The notes beneath the pieces were generated by a model. It did no database searches. It worked only from the letters and a program-made list of their open reading frames with translations, and was not told the origin of the DNA. Shown here one piece after another: positions 1 to 14,620 of a stretch of DNA of 64,000 nucleotides. The translations under genes were made by a program, and so were the position numbers. Source of the stretch: Octopus vulgaris (taxonomy: Eukaryota); contig OX597835.1 of the NCBI GenBank assembly GCA_951406725.2, positions 45,322,001-45,386,000 of the forward strand, read 5' to 3'. Every line of letters begins with the position of its first letter. Positions within the stretch are counted from its first letter, which is position 1.

Positions 1-39
<39 letters not shown>

Positions 40-43
40 GTAC

Positions 44-88
<45 letters not shown>

Positions 89-160
89 TATATATGTATA
101 TACATAAGCATACATATATATCATACATATATATATATACATACACACACTCACACATCT
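1..160. repeat. (TA)n/(CA)n microsatellite
   Basis: Directly visible dinucleotide run. Confidence 0.95.
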
Positions 161-329
161 GTATTAAGTATGTATGACTTTTTCTTTGTGTTTGTGTGGG
201 TGTCTGGGTCTGTGGGTGTGTGGGTGTGTGAGTTGCATTTATATACATAGAATGTCATGGGGATTGCAATTTCTCCGATTCGATTCATTCTGCTAACGTT
301 TGTTTATGATAGACTGATGGTAGCTACGT

Positions 330-555
330 TGATGATGACGATGATGATGATGACGATGATGATGATGACGACGATGATGATGATGATGATGATGATGGTC
401 GTAGCACTGGCAGGTTTGGTGATTGTGAATGTGGTGGTGGCGGACGGCAGAGACGTTGCTCCTAGTGATGACGATGATGACGATGACAACGAGAATGATG
501 ATGGTGATGATGATGATGATGATGACGATGATGATGATGATGATGATGATGATAT
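330..555. repeat. (GAT)n/(GAC)n trinucleotide microsatellite
   Basis: Visible repeat; it explains the poly-M/D/I/H ORFs at 257-723. Confidence 0.95.
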
Positions 556-989
556 CGGCAACGATAAAAGTAATCCGCAAGAAGATTGAGTAAAAAGACA
601 AGTAAAATGAAAAACAAAAAGAAAAGAGAGAAAAGATGCTTGAAGTAAAAAAAAAAAAATACATAAATAGAGGAAAAACATTCGAAAACAAAGAAAGCAA
701 ATGAACAACAACAATAATAACAAATGAAAAAAAACTATCTAATGGAGAAAATAGTGTAGTTTATTATAACAGAAATTTCATAAAACAGAAATTAGTATAT
801 TTTCGCCAAGAGGGCAACGGACAAATGAACATTGCTAAAAGAGTATCAGTAAGCTTATTACATGATGTTTGGCCAAACTACATTTTGGTTAACGTCTAGT
901 TTTTTGAGAACGAATCTAGGTCCTTAAATATCGTTGCATAGACGCTAACGAGAAACATGAACGACAGAGGTGAGTGATATTTCGAGCGA

Positions 990-1304
990 CGTCACTTCCT
1001 TCTGTGTTCTTTCGGGGTCGATAAATTACGTACCAGTTAAACACCGGGGTCGATGTATTCGAAACAGCTGCATTTGTGCCAAAATTTGAAGCCATTATAT
1101 TTATCATTATCGATTTGACTGAGTAGAATTAATACGGGTAACGGGTTACTACGTGTAACCTTAGGTATCCAAAAGCTTTCAGTAATCTGTCAACCTTAGT
1201 TATGTACCGTGGTGTGTTTTGGTGCTATTATTTTTACTGATTTGAAATTGCTTAACGTAGATCGTGTGCAGTGCCTTGCAATGCTATTGTCTGTATGTCA
1301 TGTA
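990..1304 (+). repeat. Local duplication, copy 1 (SINE family A 3' part plus ~210 bp flank); paralogous to 4557-4918
   Basis: Near-identical run from cgtcacttccttctgtgttc to gtctgtatgtcatgta in both places. Confidence 0.9.
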
Positions 1305-1329
1305 CCTTCACAGATAGTGAAGGTACTTG

Positions 1330-1632
1330 CCTCGGTTGTTAGTGTTTTGCGTTTGCAAATATGAGGTTGTGAGTTCGATTCCTTGACACTTTATATCATG
1401 TTCCTCCAGTTCACCTCAGCTGCAGAAATGAGTTGCGATGTCGTCACTGGTGCCAAGCTGTATCGGCCCCTTGCCCTTTCCCTTGGATAACATCAGTGGC
1501 GTGGAGAGGAAAGTCTAGTATGAATGGGTGACTGCTGGTCTTCCATAAATAACCTTGTCCGGACTTGTGCCTCAGAGGGTAGCTTTCTACGTGTAACATC
1601 ATGGTCATTCATGGCCGAAGGGGCCTCTCTTT
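1330..1632 (+). mobile_element. tRNA-derived SINE, family D (old copy)
   Basis: B-box-like gagttcgattcc followed by ccagttcacctcagctgcagaaatgag. Related sequence lies at ~27040-27145 (+) and ~53785-53875 (-). Confidence 0.55.
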
Positions 1633-1872
1633 ACTACATTTTTCTCACAGATAAAGGCACGAATACTGTTGTTTTACAGCAATTTTCAAGCGTGGATCTG
1701 GTGTTACTTATTTTTGCCGGGGAAATCACGGGATACATTCACGGAACAGGAGAGGCATAGATATAAACTCGTTCAGTCCACGATGTACCGAATTGAATAA
1801 TATAGTTTTGCACGAATACATTCTATATCTGATACCTTTTTTAAATTTTTTCTCACTTGATTGTGTTAGGCA

Positions 1873-2245
1873 TTAGACTGCGGCCATGCTGGGGCACCGA
1901 TTTGAAGAAATTGTAGTCAGATAAATCGACTCCGACACGTATTTTTGTTTAGAAGTTATGACTTCTAAAACGCGCTCTTTACCGAATGGCCTAGTTACAG
2001 CAACGTAAACAGACCACCACTGGTTGTCAAGCAGTGGTGAGGGATAGACACACACACACGCACATACACGCGCGCGCACGCACACACATATAAACAATGG
2101 GTTTCTTTCAGTTTCCGTCCACAAAATCCACTCATAAGGTTTTGGTCGATCCGAGACTATAGTAGAAAATACTTGCCACGCAGTCAGACTGAACTCGGAA
2201 ACATGTGTTCGGAAAACAGGGGTCTTATTACACACCCACGCCTTA
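1873..2245 (-). mobile_element. SINE family B (CORE-like), diverged
   Basis: Matches the copies at 23611-24019 and 62765-63180 (gactgcggccatgctgg ... tttcagtttccgtc ... aatccactca). Confidence 0.8.
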
Positions 2246-3569
2246 TTTTGTTCGACATCTATTGTTCGACTGATCCTAATTTCCCAAGACTTCATCAACC
2301 AGGAAGACCATCTCCGCTACATTCGTTTCGTAATTTCGGTTATGTTTGGTTCTTCCCGTGCCTGTTGTCATAACATCCTTTACAAAATGGCGAATTCCCT
2401 CTTCGTTGAATGTTATCTATATAATAACATCGGTTGTTGTGGAGAAGATTGAACCACGTATTTATTTACAACGCCATCTATCAACCTTAGACCTGAAACA
2501 TTGTGTAGAATCTCAACTCTACCGTGGCCTAAATATTCTTTCATGCGGCGCTTCTGAAAGCAGCCTTTTCAATTTTATGAGATTCTCAAAGAGTCTGTAA
2601 GATCTTCTGTTCATGCTGTTTTATTCATGCGGGTAGATTAATACCCGCAGATCGCTCTCCGTCAATTTATCTCTTATTTTTTTTCATAGAAATCTTCTTA
2701 AAGTAACACGTGTTTCTGTTGAAGTTTGGTTGTGTGATGTTGAAATTTTCCTTGTACTTGTTTGCAGCAACAGTGATATTTTCTATGTAAATGGCTATTT
2801 TGTTCCTGATTGTAATCATACTGAACAGAGCGCGGCCTTCTCTACGATTGTCGACTGAGACTGCACGTGTCAGTCAACCATCCGTCTGCCCATCCTTGGC
2901 GCTAAAGGCTATGTGAAAGTTCATAAAGCTTCTTTTGCGCCCCCAACCACCACCTCACCATGCTCTTGTCACTGTTCCGGTTTTGAATCCTGTGTTTGAT
3001 GGGTTAGAGGTAGAGGCGTTTGCTAGATCAAAACGTCTTAGTCCTGCTGCCCTAAGGATTTGAAATTCGTTTGGACATTTGCTGTAGTCGTTTTGTCAAA
3101 TGTACCGCCGACCAATCTTACTAGCACGTTCTTTGTAAATCATACCGGATGTACACTAAATCACTAAATTTTATTCATTTTCAAATCTAAGACAAAATTC
3201 CGAACTAAAATATTTCGGCCGTTTGAAGTAGGAAAAAGCAAAAACTGGATAATTCTCTTGTTACTTGGTTTTCCCATTTTCCTTTTTATTTTTAGACATT
3301 AATAATTTCAAATGATTTGCTATACTGGTTAATGATATTTGGCTGCCCGTCAAGCAGACGCTTCTTTCATTGGCTTAAAGAAAAAATTCTATTATTTAAT
3401 ATTATTAATGTCATATTATACTTGTGTAATTACTTATTAAATATATTTCCTTGTTACAGAAGTTACTTTATATAATAAGAGTTTAATAATTACAGAAGAA
3501 AACCATTCTCGCTATATATGCGATAAACACAATATGTCTATAGATGAGTGTGCGTACGTGTGTGTGCAT

Positions 3570-3632
<63 letters not shown>

Positions 3633-3840
3633 GCGCATCCTTAATATTGTCACTGTCTTATTCGTTTATTATATCTTTGCTAATTCACTTACAGTCTGGT
3701 TAATAATATTATTGCTCAAACTCGGTAATGCCTTGTTTACCATATTTTTGGCATTACTTTATCTTTGGCAATTAACTAAGTCTTAAATATTAATCTAATG
3801 CGTCTAGAATATTCCTTCCAAACCATATCTTCCATGAGTG

Positions 3841-3875
<35 letters not shown>

Positions 3876-4199
3876 CTGTCTATGCGTATATGTGCGTGTG
3901 TGTGTGTGTGTCTGTCTGTCTATATCTTGCACTTAGTATACTTTACTCATTCCTAAGTACTTGTTAGTCTATGTTTGGTCTAATTATCTGCGTTCGTTTA
4001 TTTGAAACGAGTTTTATTGGCAATTTCCTCTCTGCAGGTTTACGTCAGTGGAGTTTGTTTTTTTTCTTCTGAAATTCAATTTCCAACCAGTTTCTCTATG
4101 AAGTTTTCGTACAGGAAGCTGCGCCCATTTGTCCAGTTCTGTAGAGAGATGTGAATATTGTATTCGATATCGTGTAACGATAATTATTATATAAATATT

Positions 4200-4385
4200 G
4201 ATTTCAAATTTTGACACACAGCCAGCAATTTCGGAAGAGAGGACAAGTCAATTTCATCGTCTACTATGTTAAGCTGGTTCTTATTTTGTCGACCCTGAAA
4301 AGATGGAACGCAAAGCCGACATGGGTAGAATTTGAACTCAGAAAGAAAAGACGGACGAAATGCATTTCGTACGACTATCTTTCGC
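4200..4385 (-). mobile_element. SINE family A, diverged
   Basis: Reverse-complement similarity to family A (gaatttgaactcagaa; ttattttgtcgaccctgaaaagatg). Confidence 0.65.
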
Positions 4386-4496
4386 TTAACCAGTCAATCA
4401 CTGGAGTCGATGCAATCGTCTTGCGTCGCTCCGTTCAGAATAACTGTATCGAAATTAGAAATATCATCATCATCATCATCATGATTATTAGTAATT

Positions 4497-4715
4497 AAGG
4501 CTACGAGCTGGCAGAATCGTTAGCACGCTGGCCGAAATGCTTAGCGGCATTTCGGCCGTCACTTCCTTCTGTGTTCAAATTCCTCCGAGTTCGACTTTGC
4601 CTTTCATTCTTTCGGGGTCGATAAATTACGTACCAGTTAAACACCGAGGTCGATATATTCGATTTATATCCTTCCCTGAAACGGCTGCATTTGTGCCAAA
4701 ATTTGAAGCCATAAT
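4497..4715 (+). mobile_element. tRNA-derived SINE family A
   Basis: gagctggcagaatcgttagcacg head, gttcaaattc B-box, and conserved central domain cgactttgcctttcattctttcggggtcgataaatt. Confidence 0.85.
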
Positions 4716-4918
4716 ATTTATCATTATCGATTAGACTGAGTAGAATTAATACGGGTAACAGGTTACCTGTAATCTTAGGTATCCACAAGCTTTCTGTAGT
4801 CTGTCAGCCTTAGTTATGTACCGTGGTGTGTTTTGGTGCTATCATTTTTACTGATTTGAAATTGCTTAACTTGGATCGTGTGCAGTGCCTTGCAATGCTA
4901 TTGTCTGTATGTCATGTA
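4557..4918 (+). repeat. Local duplication, copy 2
   Basis: Paralogue of 990-1304. Confidence 0.9.
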
Positions 4919-6052
4919 TATTCGTAAGGCATGGAGTTTTAGTTACATATTTCTCTGTATGTTTCTTTAACCATACATAATGCACAATTCATAATTCTGT
5001 TATACGGCTTCAGATACGTGAGTGTAACATTCTGCGCTGATGTATTTTCGATACTGATACTGCCATGGTACATTATATAAGAAGCAAACAAGAGCCACCT
5101 TATCATGGACCACGTTGATTTCAATACTTAATTATTTGCTCATCATAGCGATTTTGATTCTGATATAACACGAACAAAGACAAGGTTTAGCTAAATTACA
5201 TCTTGATTGAAATACCGCCGTATTTCAGTGATAAACTTTCTTACTGCCCCGTTTAAAATTTCTGTCGTTTATTTAGTTCAGTTAACGATTGCTTCTCTGA
5301 ATCACATAACTGTTCAAACACGAGGAAGTTTATTAAATCGGTGAGGTTTTCATCCACGTGCTTTCTTATTAACAAATCGCTTGAGCGTTTTCATATTTAT
5401 CGCTCTTTCATCAACAACCTGCTGTGTTCTTGTACAGCTACGCTATCTAATTCGAGGTATCAAAAGAAACTGAAATCTCTAATACTTTCACAATCAGATA
5501 TTTAATCTCTAAATCAGAGTTATTTCCATAACTATTGGTACGTTTATCAATTTTCTTTTTGATATAAAACCTTTTTCAAGCGTCGATTTAAATAGCGTAT
5601 ATCTTCGGAGCATAAGAAAGATAGTGTGTTGCGAAAATTAATCCGTCTTCAGTTTATAGTAAGAATATGAAAGATGTTCATCTGAAACTTAAACGGAATG
5701 AAGGCTCAGAACCGATTTGCCAATTACAGTTATCTTTAATGATGTCACAATGAAAATAAGACAAAAATGAGTTGAAACGAGGGACTCTTACATCGTATAT
5801 TGCTCTTATACGTGATAATACTGATTATAGATATTGGTAACATATATTTAAGAGAGGACTTCAGGCCAAATTTATTGATAAATTGATGAGGTTGAAATTA
5901 AAATATGGAGAGATTAGTAGCAGAATACCGTTTTCAGGATCCGTATGATTCTGTGTAACACTGTTCTATTTCAACACACACACACACACACAACTGAATA
6001 TTTGTATACGCAAGTAAGTATATGTAGGTGTTATATTTTTGCGTGTGTGTAT

Positions 6053-6070
6053 GTAGATAGATAGACAGGC

Positions 6071-6110
<40 letters not shown>

Positions 6111-6111
6111 G

Positions 6112-6167
<56 letters not shown>

Positions 6168-6201
6168 GATAGATAGATAGACAGACAGATGGATAGATAA
6201 T

Positions 6202-6261
<60 letters not shown>

Positions 6262-6282
6262 CAGACAGATAGATAGATAGAC

Positions 6283-6341
<59 letters not shown>

Positions 6342-6346
6342 CAGAC

Positions 6347-6410
<64 letters not shown>
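6053..6410. repeat. (ATAG)n tetranucleotide microsatellite
   Basis: Visible repeat; source of the (YLSI)n ORFs. Confidence 0.97.
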
Positions 6411-6711
6411 GCCTTCACATAGAGAATTGGCTCGTGCAATCACATGGATGTATATTCCTTCGAATTGCTCGGGACCACTGGTTGATGCTGTCTCCTCTAG
6501 CCTAGGCCGATTAGGGCCTTATGAGTTAATTTAGTAGACGGAAACTTTACATATATCTGTATTATATATGCGAGTTAGGGTGTATATATTTCTGTGTTAG
6601 GGCGTGTCTGTGAGTGAATATGTCGCAAAATGAGATGGAACTCTCAACTCCCTATTTTTTAAATGATGTTCCTGAACAGACAACGACAACTGTGACAGGG
6701 TCGTATATTAA

Positions 6712-6912
6712 TTTCAAATTTTGGTAGAAGGCCAGCAATTTCGGAGGATGGAGCTTGTCGATTGAATCGAACCCTGTGTTCAAATGGTATTTATTTTACC
6801 GACCCTCGAATGAATGAAAGTCAAAGTTGACCGCGGTGGAATTTGAACTCAGAACGTAGAGATAAACAAAATACCACGAAGCGTGCTAATGATTCTGCCA
6901 GCTCGCGGTCTT
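6712..6912 (-). mobile_element. SINE family A, diverged
   Basis: ggaatttgaactcagaacgt ... gattctgccagctcgc is the reverse complement of the family A head. Confidence 0.75.
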
Positions 6913-8148
6913 GACCGGGCCACATATTACTGAAAGACTTATGTTACATCATATTTTCTTATGGATTATATATTTCATTAATTTGGAATCAGTTGAGCGC
7001 CGGGTAGGGTTAGTTAGTGTATATATTCAATGAGCCTTTATATTCTGCATCGACATTTTCCGTTGGTATACTTTGGGTTCGATCTTTTGCAGAACGTTGA
7101 AATATATGCCATGTACGATCGAAAGCCTCAAGAAACGTACGCCACTGAACAGACATCGAAAAAATAGCAAAAAATATGATGATCATACTTGAATTGTCTT
7201 TGCACGTAGATTCAGACATTTAGGGCCGGTCTGCAACTATACAATAAATGAAACACTGATTTTGATTTGTCCATTTAAGAACCCCTCCAAAATAGTAATT
7301 TCAGTTGAGAAACACATGTACCTAAACGCCATTATGAAAGCCGAGAACAGAACCGCTATATGGACGCTCAACCTCTAAGAAGTGGCCGTAAATATTTCCA
7401 TGTATATTGCGCAAGTATCCGTAGAACTTTGGGAAATAAATTGGATAACATAGTTATAAGGTCCTGAATTAGCATTATCATAGGGTATAGTGGGTTAAGG
7501 CTGGCTTTTGAAGTACATTTCCATTTAGTCTCTGGGTAGACGAATTCCAATATGGGTACACAACTGGGTTCTTAGTGCAAAAGTCCGGGTTGGATTTGTG
7601 GTCTGATTGTCCTGATGAACCCTTGAGGATGTTCGATTAAGAAAACGAGTATCAAAATTGGCAGCGCGCTCAGCAAGCGTTTTGATCTTGTTTTGCGTCA
7701 GCGTCTGCCAGTCAAGTCCCTTGGCCGTTAAATGGAAGGCATGAAGACACCCGGCAGTGGATAGCTGTATATTGTTTCTTAACTCTTGCTACTGAAACAG
7801 GCGCAGACGGAGTCTAAAAAATAGCAGAGCAAATGTTGTTGCTCCATCTGTATAGGTGTTGTTTCAAATAAGATAGAAAATATTTACGATAAAAGAGAAT
7901 AAACGTTAACTGAGAAAAACAGAAAGTGGGGGCTAACAAGAATGAAAGGAATACACACGACAGATATATGTGTCAGACACACACTCATACACATACAAAC
8001 ATTTGCATACATACATGTGTGTATAGCTGAAATTTAGTATAACGCTTGAAACTCGGAGTAACGACTAATTTGAATCAAACTGTTTTGATCCATACATGTA
8101 ACTCCCCAAAAATGTGTTGAGAGTCCTTCTTTTGTTTGTCCACTCATT

Positions 8149-8194
<46 letters not shown>

Positions 8195-8339
8195 TCATAA
8201 ATGAGGGAAAGGAAAAAATTTCTAATGCCAAATATGCCGAAAAATTGGACATATTGTCCATTAACCATATAATTTGTTTACAATCCGCACGCTACACAAA
8301 AAAAGGTCGACAGAAATTTCTAAAAAATTCCATTATTAC

Positions 8340-8397
8340 CATATCGGACCGATTTCAGAGTTAGCTACTAAGAGCCCTCTCTTCGTAAGTGATACAT
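8340..8397 (-). ncRNA. Minimal type I hammerhead ribozyme, core-mutated copy (CUUACGA)
   Basis: Minus strand: gtatca CTTACGA agag-ag-ggct-cttagt-agct-aa-ctct GAAA tcgg TC cgatatg. The G5->U change should inactivate it. Confidence 0.6.
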
Positions 8398-8843
8398 GTG
8401 GCAAAAGAAATAAATGAGATACCTACTCATACCCATGGAAGAAGCAAATACTAAGTCATGGGCACAACTAAGTACCCCAAATACATCCAAAATAGAAATA
8501 CTCCAGCCCATTCGAGGCATGTGCGATTTGAACTGAGGCTCTCACAGAGTGAGTTAGTCAGTTCGGAAGTGAACGCTTAAATTTTTATCAAATGTGAGGA
8601 TAAAATTATTTTCCAAAAAAATATATTTTCTCGAAAAAAAATTTATCAATGGCCAGCATATTAAAAAATACCTTTAACGGTTAAATTTATAAACAATTCA
8701 TAAATGAGGGCAAAGGAAAACATTTCTAATGCCAAATATGCCGACAAATTGGACATATTGTCCATTCACCATATAATTTTTTCACAATATGCACGCTACT
8801 CGAAAAAAGGTCGACAGAAATTTCTAAAAAATTCCATTATTTC

Positions 8844-8901
8844 CATATCGGACCGATTTCAGGTTTAGTTCAAAAAGAACCCTCCCTTCGTCAGTGATAC
8901 A
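8844..8901 (-). ncRNA. Minimal type I hammerhead ribozyme (intact CUGACGA/GAAA core, GUC cleavage triplet)
   Basis: Minus strand: tgtatca CTGACGA agg-gag-ggttc-ttttt-gaact-aaa-cct GAAA tcgg TC|cgatatg. Stem I is tgtatc/gatatg with a 1.1-2.1 mismatch; stem III is the near-palindrome ATCGGT; predicted cut is between 8851 and 8850. Confidence 0.72.
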
Positions 8902-9123
8902 TGTGGCAAAAGAAATAAATGAGATACTTACTTATACTTATACTTATACCCATGGAAGAAGCAAATACTAAGTCATGGGCACAACTAAGTACCCCAAATA
9001 TCCCTCATTTATGAATTGTTTATAAATTTAACCGTTAAAGGTATTTTTTAATATGCTGGGCATTGATAAAATTTTTTTCGAGAAAATATATTTTTTTCGA
9101 AAAGAATTTTATCCTCACATTTG

Positions 9124-9167
<44 letters not shown>

Positions 9168-9168
<1 letters not shown>

Positions 9169-9632
9169 TCGAGTTAACGGTTCCTCATGAAGATAGCTTG
9201 GACACCGGTCGGGCTCGTTATGTAAACCTCCTCGAGGAATGTGAAGACGCATGCTGGAAAGCGGAGCATTTTCCAATCGAAGTTGGATGTAGAGAGTTTG
9301 TTGGACACAGTGTGAGACGACTGTTGCTATCGTTAGGCCTAACTAATCGTACAGTCAATACCACCATGACCGATATCCAAGCTACAGTGGAGAAGGCTAG
9401 CCACTCGATCTCGTTAAAAAGAGACGATGAACAATGGCTAGAAAAATAGTGAGCTTTATTTAATAACCAGTTGATCTCGCAAGTGGGGTCTCATATCAGT
9501 GAGGGGGTGGCGTTGTGCATTGATGCTGTCGAAAGGTAGGCCCCGAAACGGCGCGCATTCTCTCCTGAAAACCCCATACACTTGCTGGCTTTCGGTATGC
9601 GGAGTTCTCGACAGGTAGCACTTGTTTGCAAG
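9168..9632 (+). mobile_element. 5'-truncated HERO-like non-LTR retrotransposon (restriction-like endonuclease C-terminus plus 3' UTR)
   Basis: Frame 9168-9449 reads VELTVPHED...RYVNLLEEC...WKAEHFPIEVGCREFVG...EKASHSISLKR, the ELTVP / P-EVG-RGF signature of RLE domains. The 3' boundary is approximate. Confidence 0.8.
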
Positions 9633-9689
9633 ACATATATATATATGTATGACGATGATGATGGCTGCCCACTCTTGCACAAGGAAAAC

Positions 9690-10325
9690 CAGCCCACTGA
9701 CAAAATGCCAGCCCTGCGCTTGCATGTTTTTATTGCATCATTTGACCATCTGTGGTCTTCACCCGGATTCGCGTCCGCAACGTCCATGAACGCTGCGATG
9801 TTTTCAGCTCGATCGGGCATCAAATATTTACCTCACCAGCGATTTCACAACCCCAGATTTTAGATTCAATAAAGATTGCACGTCAACTCACAGGTTCTTT
9901 ACGCCATACTGACATGGTCCAGCGGAAAGCCTGGCAATATATTCAATGGTAATATGGTTCGCAGTCTCAGGAATGTAGGAGCTTCATCATCTCAAGCGCA
10001 AGTAAAGATACCCCAAATCGTCAATGCCATTCCCGCGTTAATCTGGTTTTATAACAATGTGACCTCCTAGAGACGTATTTTAAGAAAATGTTAATGAGTT
10101 CCTCACTCCCAGTGGTCTTCTGGCACTTCGGACACCAAGCTGGAATTTTTTAGGTCACGATACACGTTGACCCTAATGTAGCATCATATTTCCTTTTGAC
10201 AGGGCCTGTTTTTAGATCAACTGAGTTTCTAGGAACCCACCTAACAGGGGCAAGTTTACTGGGTGCGTGAGGCGCTTTTAGTCGTGGGAGGTGTTGGAAC
10301 GTAACACCTGCGATAGTCAAGGAAT
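9690..10325 (-). mobile_element. Possible highly decayed CMC/EnSpm-like transposase fragment
   Basis: Scattered minus-strand peptides (PEDHW, LPLNILPGFPLDHV, GVVKSL, VKTTD) resemble the FPLDYMH-LGVVK-KATE motif order, with many stops and frameshifts. Confidence 0.3.
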
Positions 10326-10384
10326 TACTGTATGTATATATATATATACATATATATTTATATATATATATATATATATATAAA

Positions 10385-10590
10385 GTGTTAATCCAAATAA
10401 GAAAGCACAAAAAGACACAACAACGCGAGGACGTGGAACAAATATAGTATTATTGGACGCTCAGGAAAGAAAGAAAGGAGGAGGGTTTAACGTTTCGAGC
10501 GGAGCTCTTCGTCGGAAACATAGGAGAAGGAAAGATCCAGAGAAGGTAAGACAGAGGAAAAAGAATCGACAACGGTACACACGCGGTCAC
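10385..10590 (-). mobile_element. Short (TA)n-anchored element with a minimal hammerhead motif at 10485-10519
   Basis: Minus strand: gttt CCGACGA a gagc-tcc-gctc GAAA CG TT aaac. Related copies are at 24217, 25020, 41585 and 44135. Confidence 0.65.
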
Positions 10591-10926
10591 GCTTTCGGTG
10601 AGAAAGATTTTTTTCATACGAGACTATTTTATACAATAAAGTTATTTTTTTAATAAACTTAAAGCTTATGTCGATCACCGCTCTATGACTAACGAAAATA
10701 GTCTAAAAACAAGGCTTAGAAGCCAACGTTGGTGTGTTTACCTCCCCTTAAGATCAACAGAATAAGTTCTAGGCATATAAAAATATAAAAATATGTCCTG
10801 GGGGGGGGCTATTGTTCGACTAAAGGCTTCGCCGCAATATGGCAGCTGTCAAATGATTGATACATGGAAAAGAAAACAAAAAGGAGGGGAATAAACGCGG
10901 AAAGAGATAAAAGTGACACATGAGGC

Positions 10927-10963
<37 letters not shown>

Positions 10964-11017
10964 AGATGGTGGGAAGAAACGATGAGTGAGAGAATAGAGA
11001 GGGAGGGAAGAAAGGAT

Positions 11018-11054
<37 letters not shown>

Positions 11055-11204
11055 TGAGGGAAAGATGGAACGAAATAAATGCGAGACGAAGATATAAAGA
11101 ATATTCGAGAAAACCAAATATGCAGAAATACATGAGTTGCTGATATTGAAGTGTATGATATCATCATCATCATAGGGAACTAGTTACGATTCACGTTTCT
11201 AAAT

Positions 11205-11213
11205 TCTTCCTCT

Positions 11214-11245
<32 letters not shown>

Positions 11246-11530
11246 TTCTTCTTCTTCTTCTTCTTCTTCTTCTTCTTCTTCTCATTCTTCTTCTTCTTCT
11301 TCTTCTTCTTCTTCTACGTCTTCTTCTTCTTCTTCTTCTTCTTCTTCTCTTCTTCTTCTACTTCTTCTTCTTCTACTTCTTCTTCTTCTTTTTCTTCGTC
11401 TTATTTTTTTCTTCTTCTTCTTCTTCTCCCCTCTTCCTCTTCATCTTCTTCCAGCATCAGCATCAGCATCAGCATCAGCAGCATCATCATCATCAGTAGC
11501 AGCAGCAGCAGTAGCAGCAGCAGTAGTAGC

Positions 11531-11566
<36 letters not shown>

Positions 11567-11580
11567 GGTGGTGGTGGCGG
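11205..11580. repeat. Compound (TCT)n, (CATCAG)n, (CAG)n, (TAG)n, (TGG)n microsatellite
   Basis: Visible repeats. Confidence 0.95.
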
Positions 11581-11769
11581 CAGAATCAGTGCTTGACAAA
11601 AATCCATGTAGGCCGCTTGTTCTGGTTCAGATAGGGTCGACGTTGAAGTGAGATGGGGCTGACAGAACGATTAAAGACGCGCAATTGATGATTTAAGATG
11701 GAAATTGCGAAACCAAACAGAACCGTTTTCTACGATTATGCAATTTATTTCAAGTATGTATATGCAATG

Positions 11770-14000
<2,231 letters not shown>

Positions 14001-14576
14001 TGCTTATTTACTGATACAATAGTATATATCTGTGTATACGTTTATTTGAATATATTTACATAAAATTACATTCTTTGCGTTAGTATATTCCAATTTGATT
14101 TTTGTAAGCGCATGCGTGTTGGCGCATGCCTGTATGTAAGTATCTATTTACGTTTGCGTGTGCCTATTTGTCTGTGTATGTATGTATGTGAGTGTGTTTT
14201 GGCGTGTTTGTATCTGTGTCTGTGTCCGTGTGTGTGTATCTGGTGATAATTCTCTAAAATTTATTGCGTGCGGGAAACACTGCATTAAAACTTGCAAACA
14301 CACGAATATTATTCCATCTCTAAACACAAATAAAGTAAAAGATTAACGTCTCTCAATCGCACATATTTTCACAACGAATCTTATAACGATGACTCTAACT
14401 GTACCCACGGAGGCGATATACGAGTATGGATGCTACAAGGGTTGCATTCGTGGTGTGACTGCACAATCCCCAAGACCACGCTGGAAATTAGATTTGCTGT
14501 GTAATATTATCAAACTTTCTAAAAAAGAAATAAAACTATATTTTTCAGTTTTCTTGTAAAGTAATAAGCAAGGTTG

Positions 14577-14620
<44 letters not shown>

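Larger units (their letters stand above)
8191..9126 (-). mobile_element. Non-coding hammerhead-bearing element (Penelope pseudo-LTR / retrozyme-like): ~504-bp unit, partial second unit and a 125-bp inverted segment, flanked by (TA)n
   Basis: 8192-~8483 is repeated at 8695-9000; 8586-8710 is repeated in inverted orientation at 9002-9126; there is one hammerhead motif per unit. Confidence 0.75.

Noticed and set aside
7010-7219. ORF containing FLEAFDRTWH, reminiscent of the LINE RT motif KAFDRVWH
   Set aside because: A single short motif with no neighbouring RT motifs recognisable.
8191-9000. CRISPR-like array or classic satellite
   Set aside because: Only ~1.6 long units with no repeat-spacer structure, no cas genes and a eukaryotic context.
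9519-9560. ttgatgc...cgaaac in the HERO-like 3' UTR as a hammerhead
   Set aside because: The core deviates (UUGAUGC) and no consistent stems I-III can be drawn.
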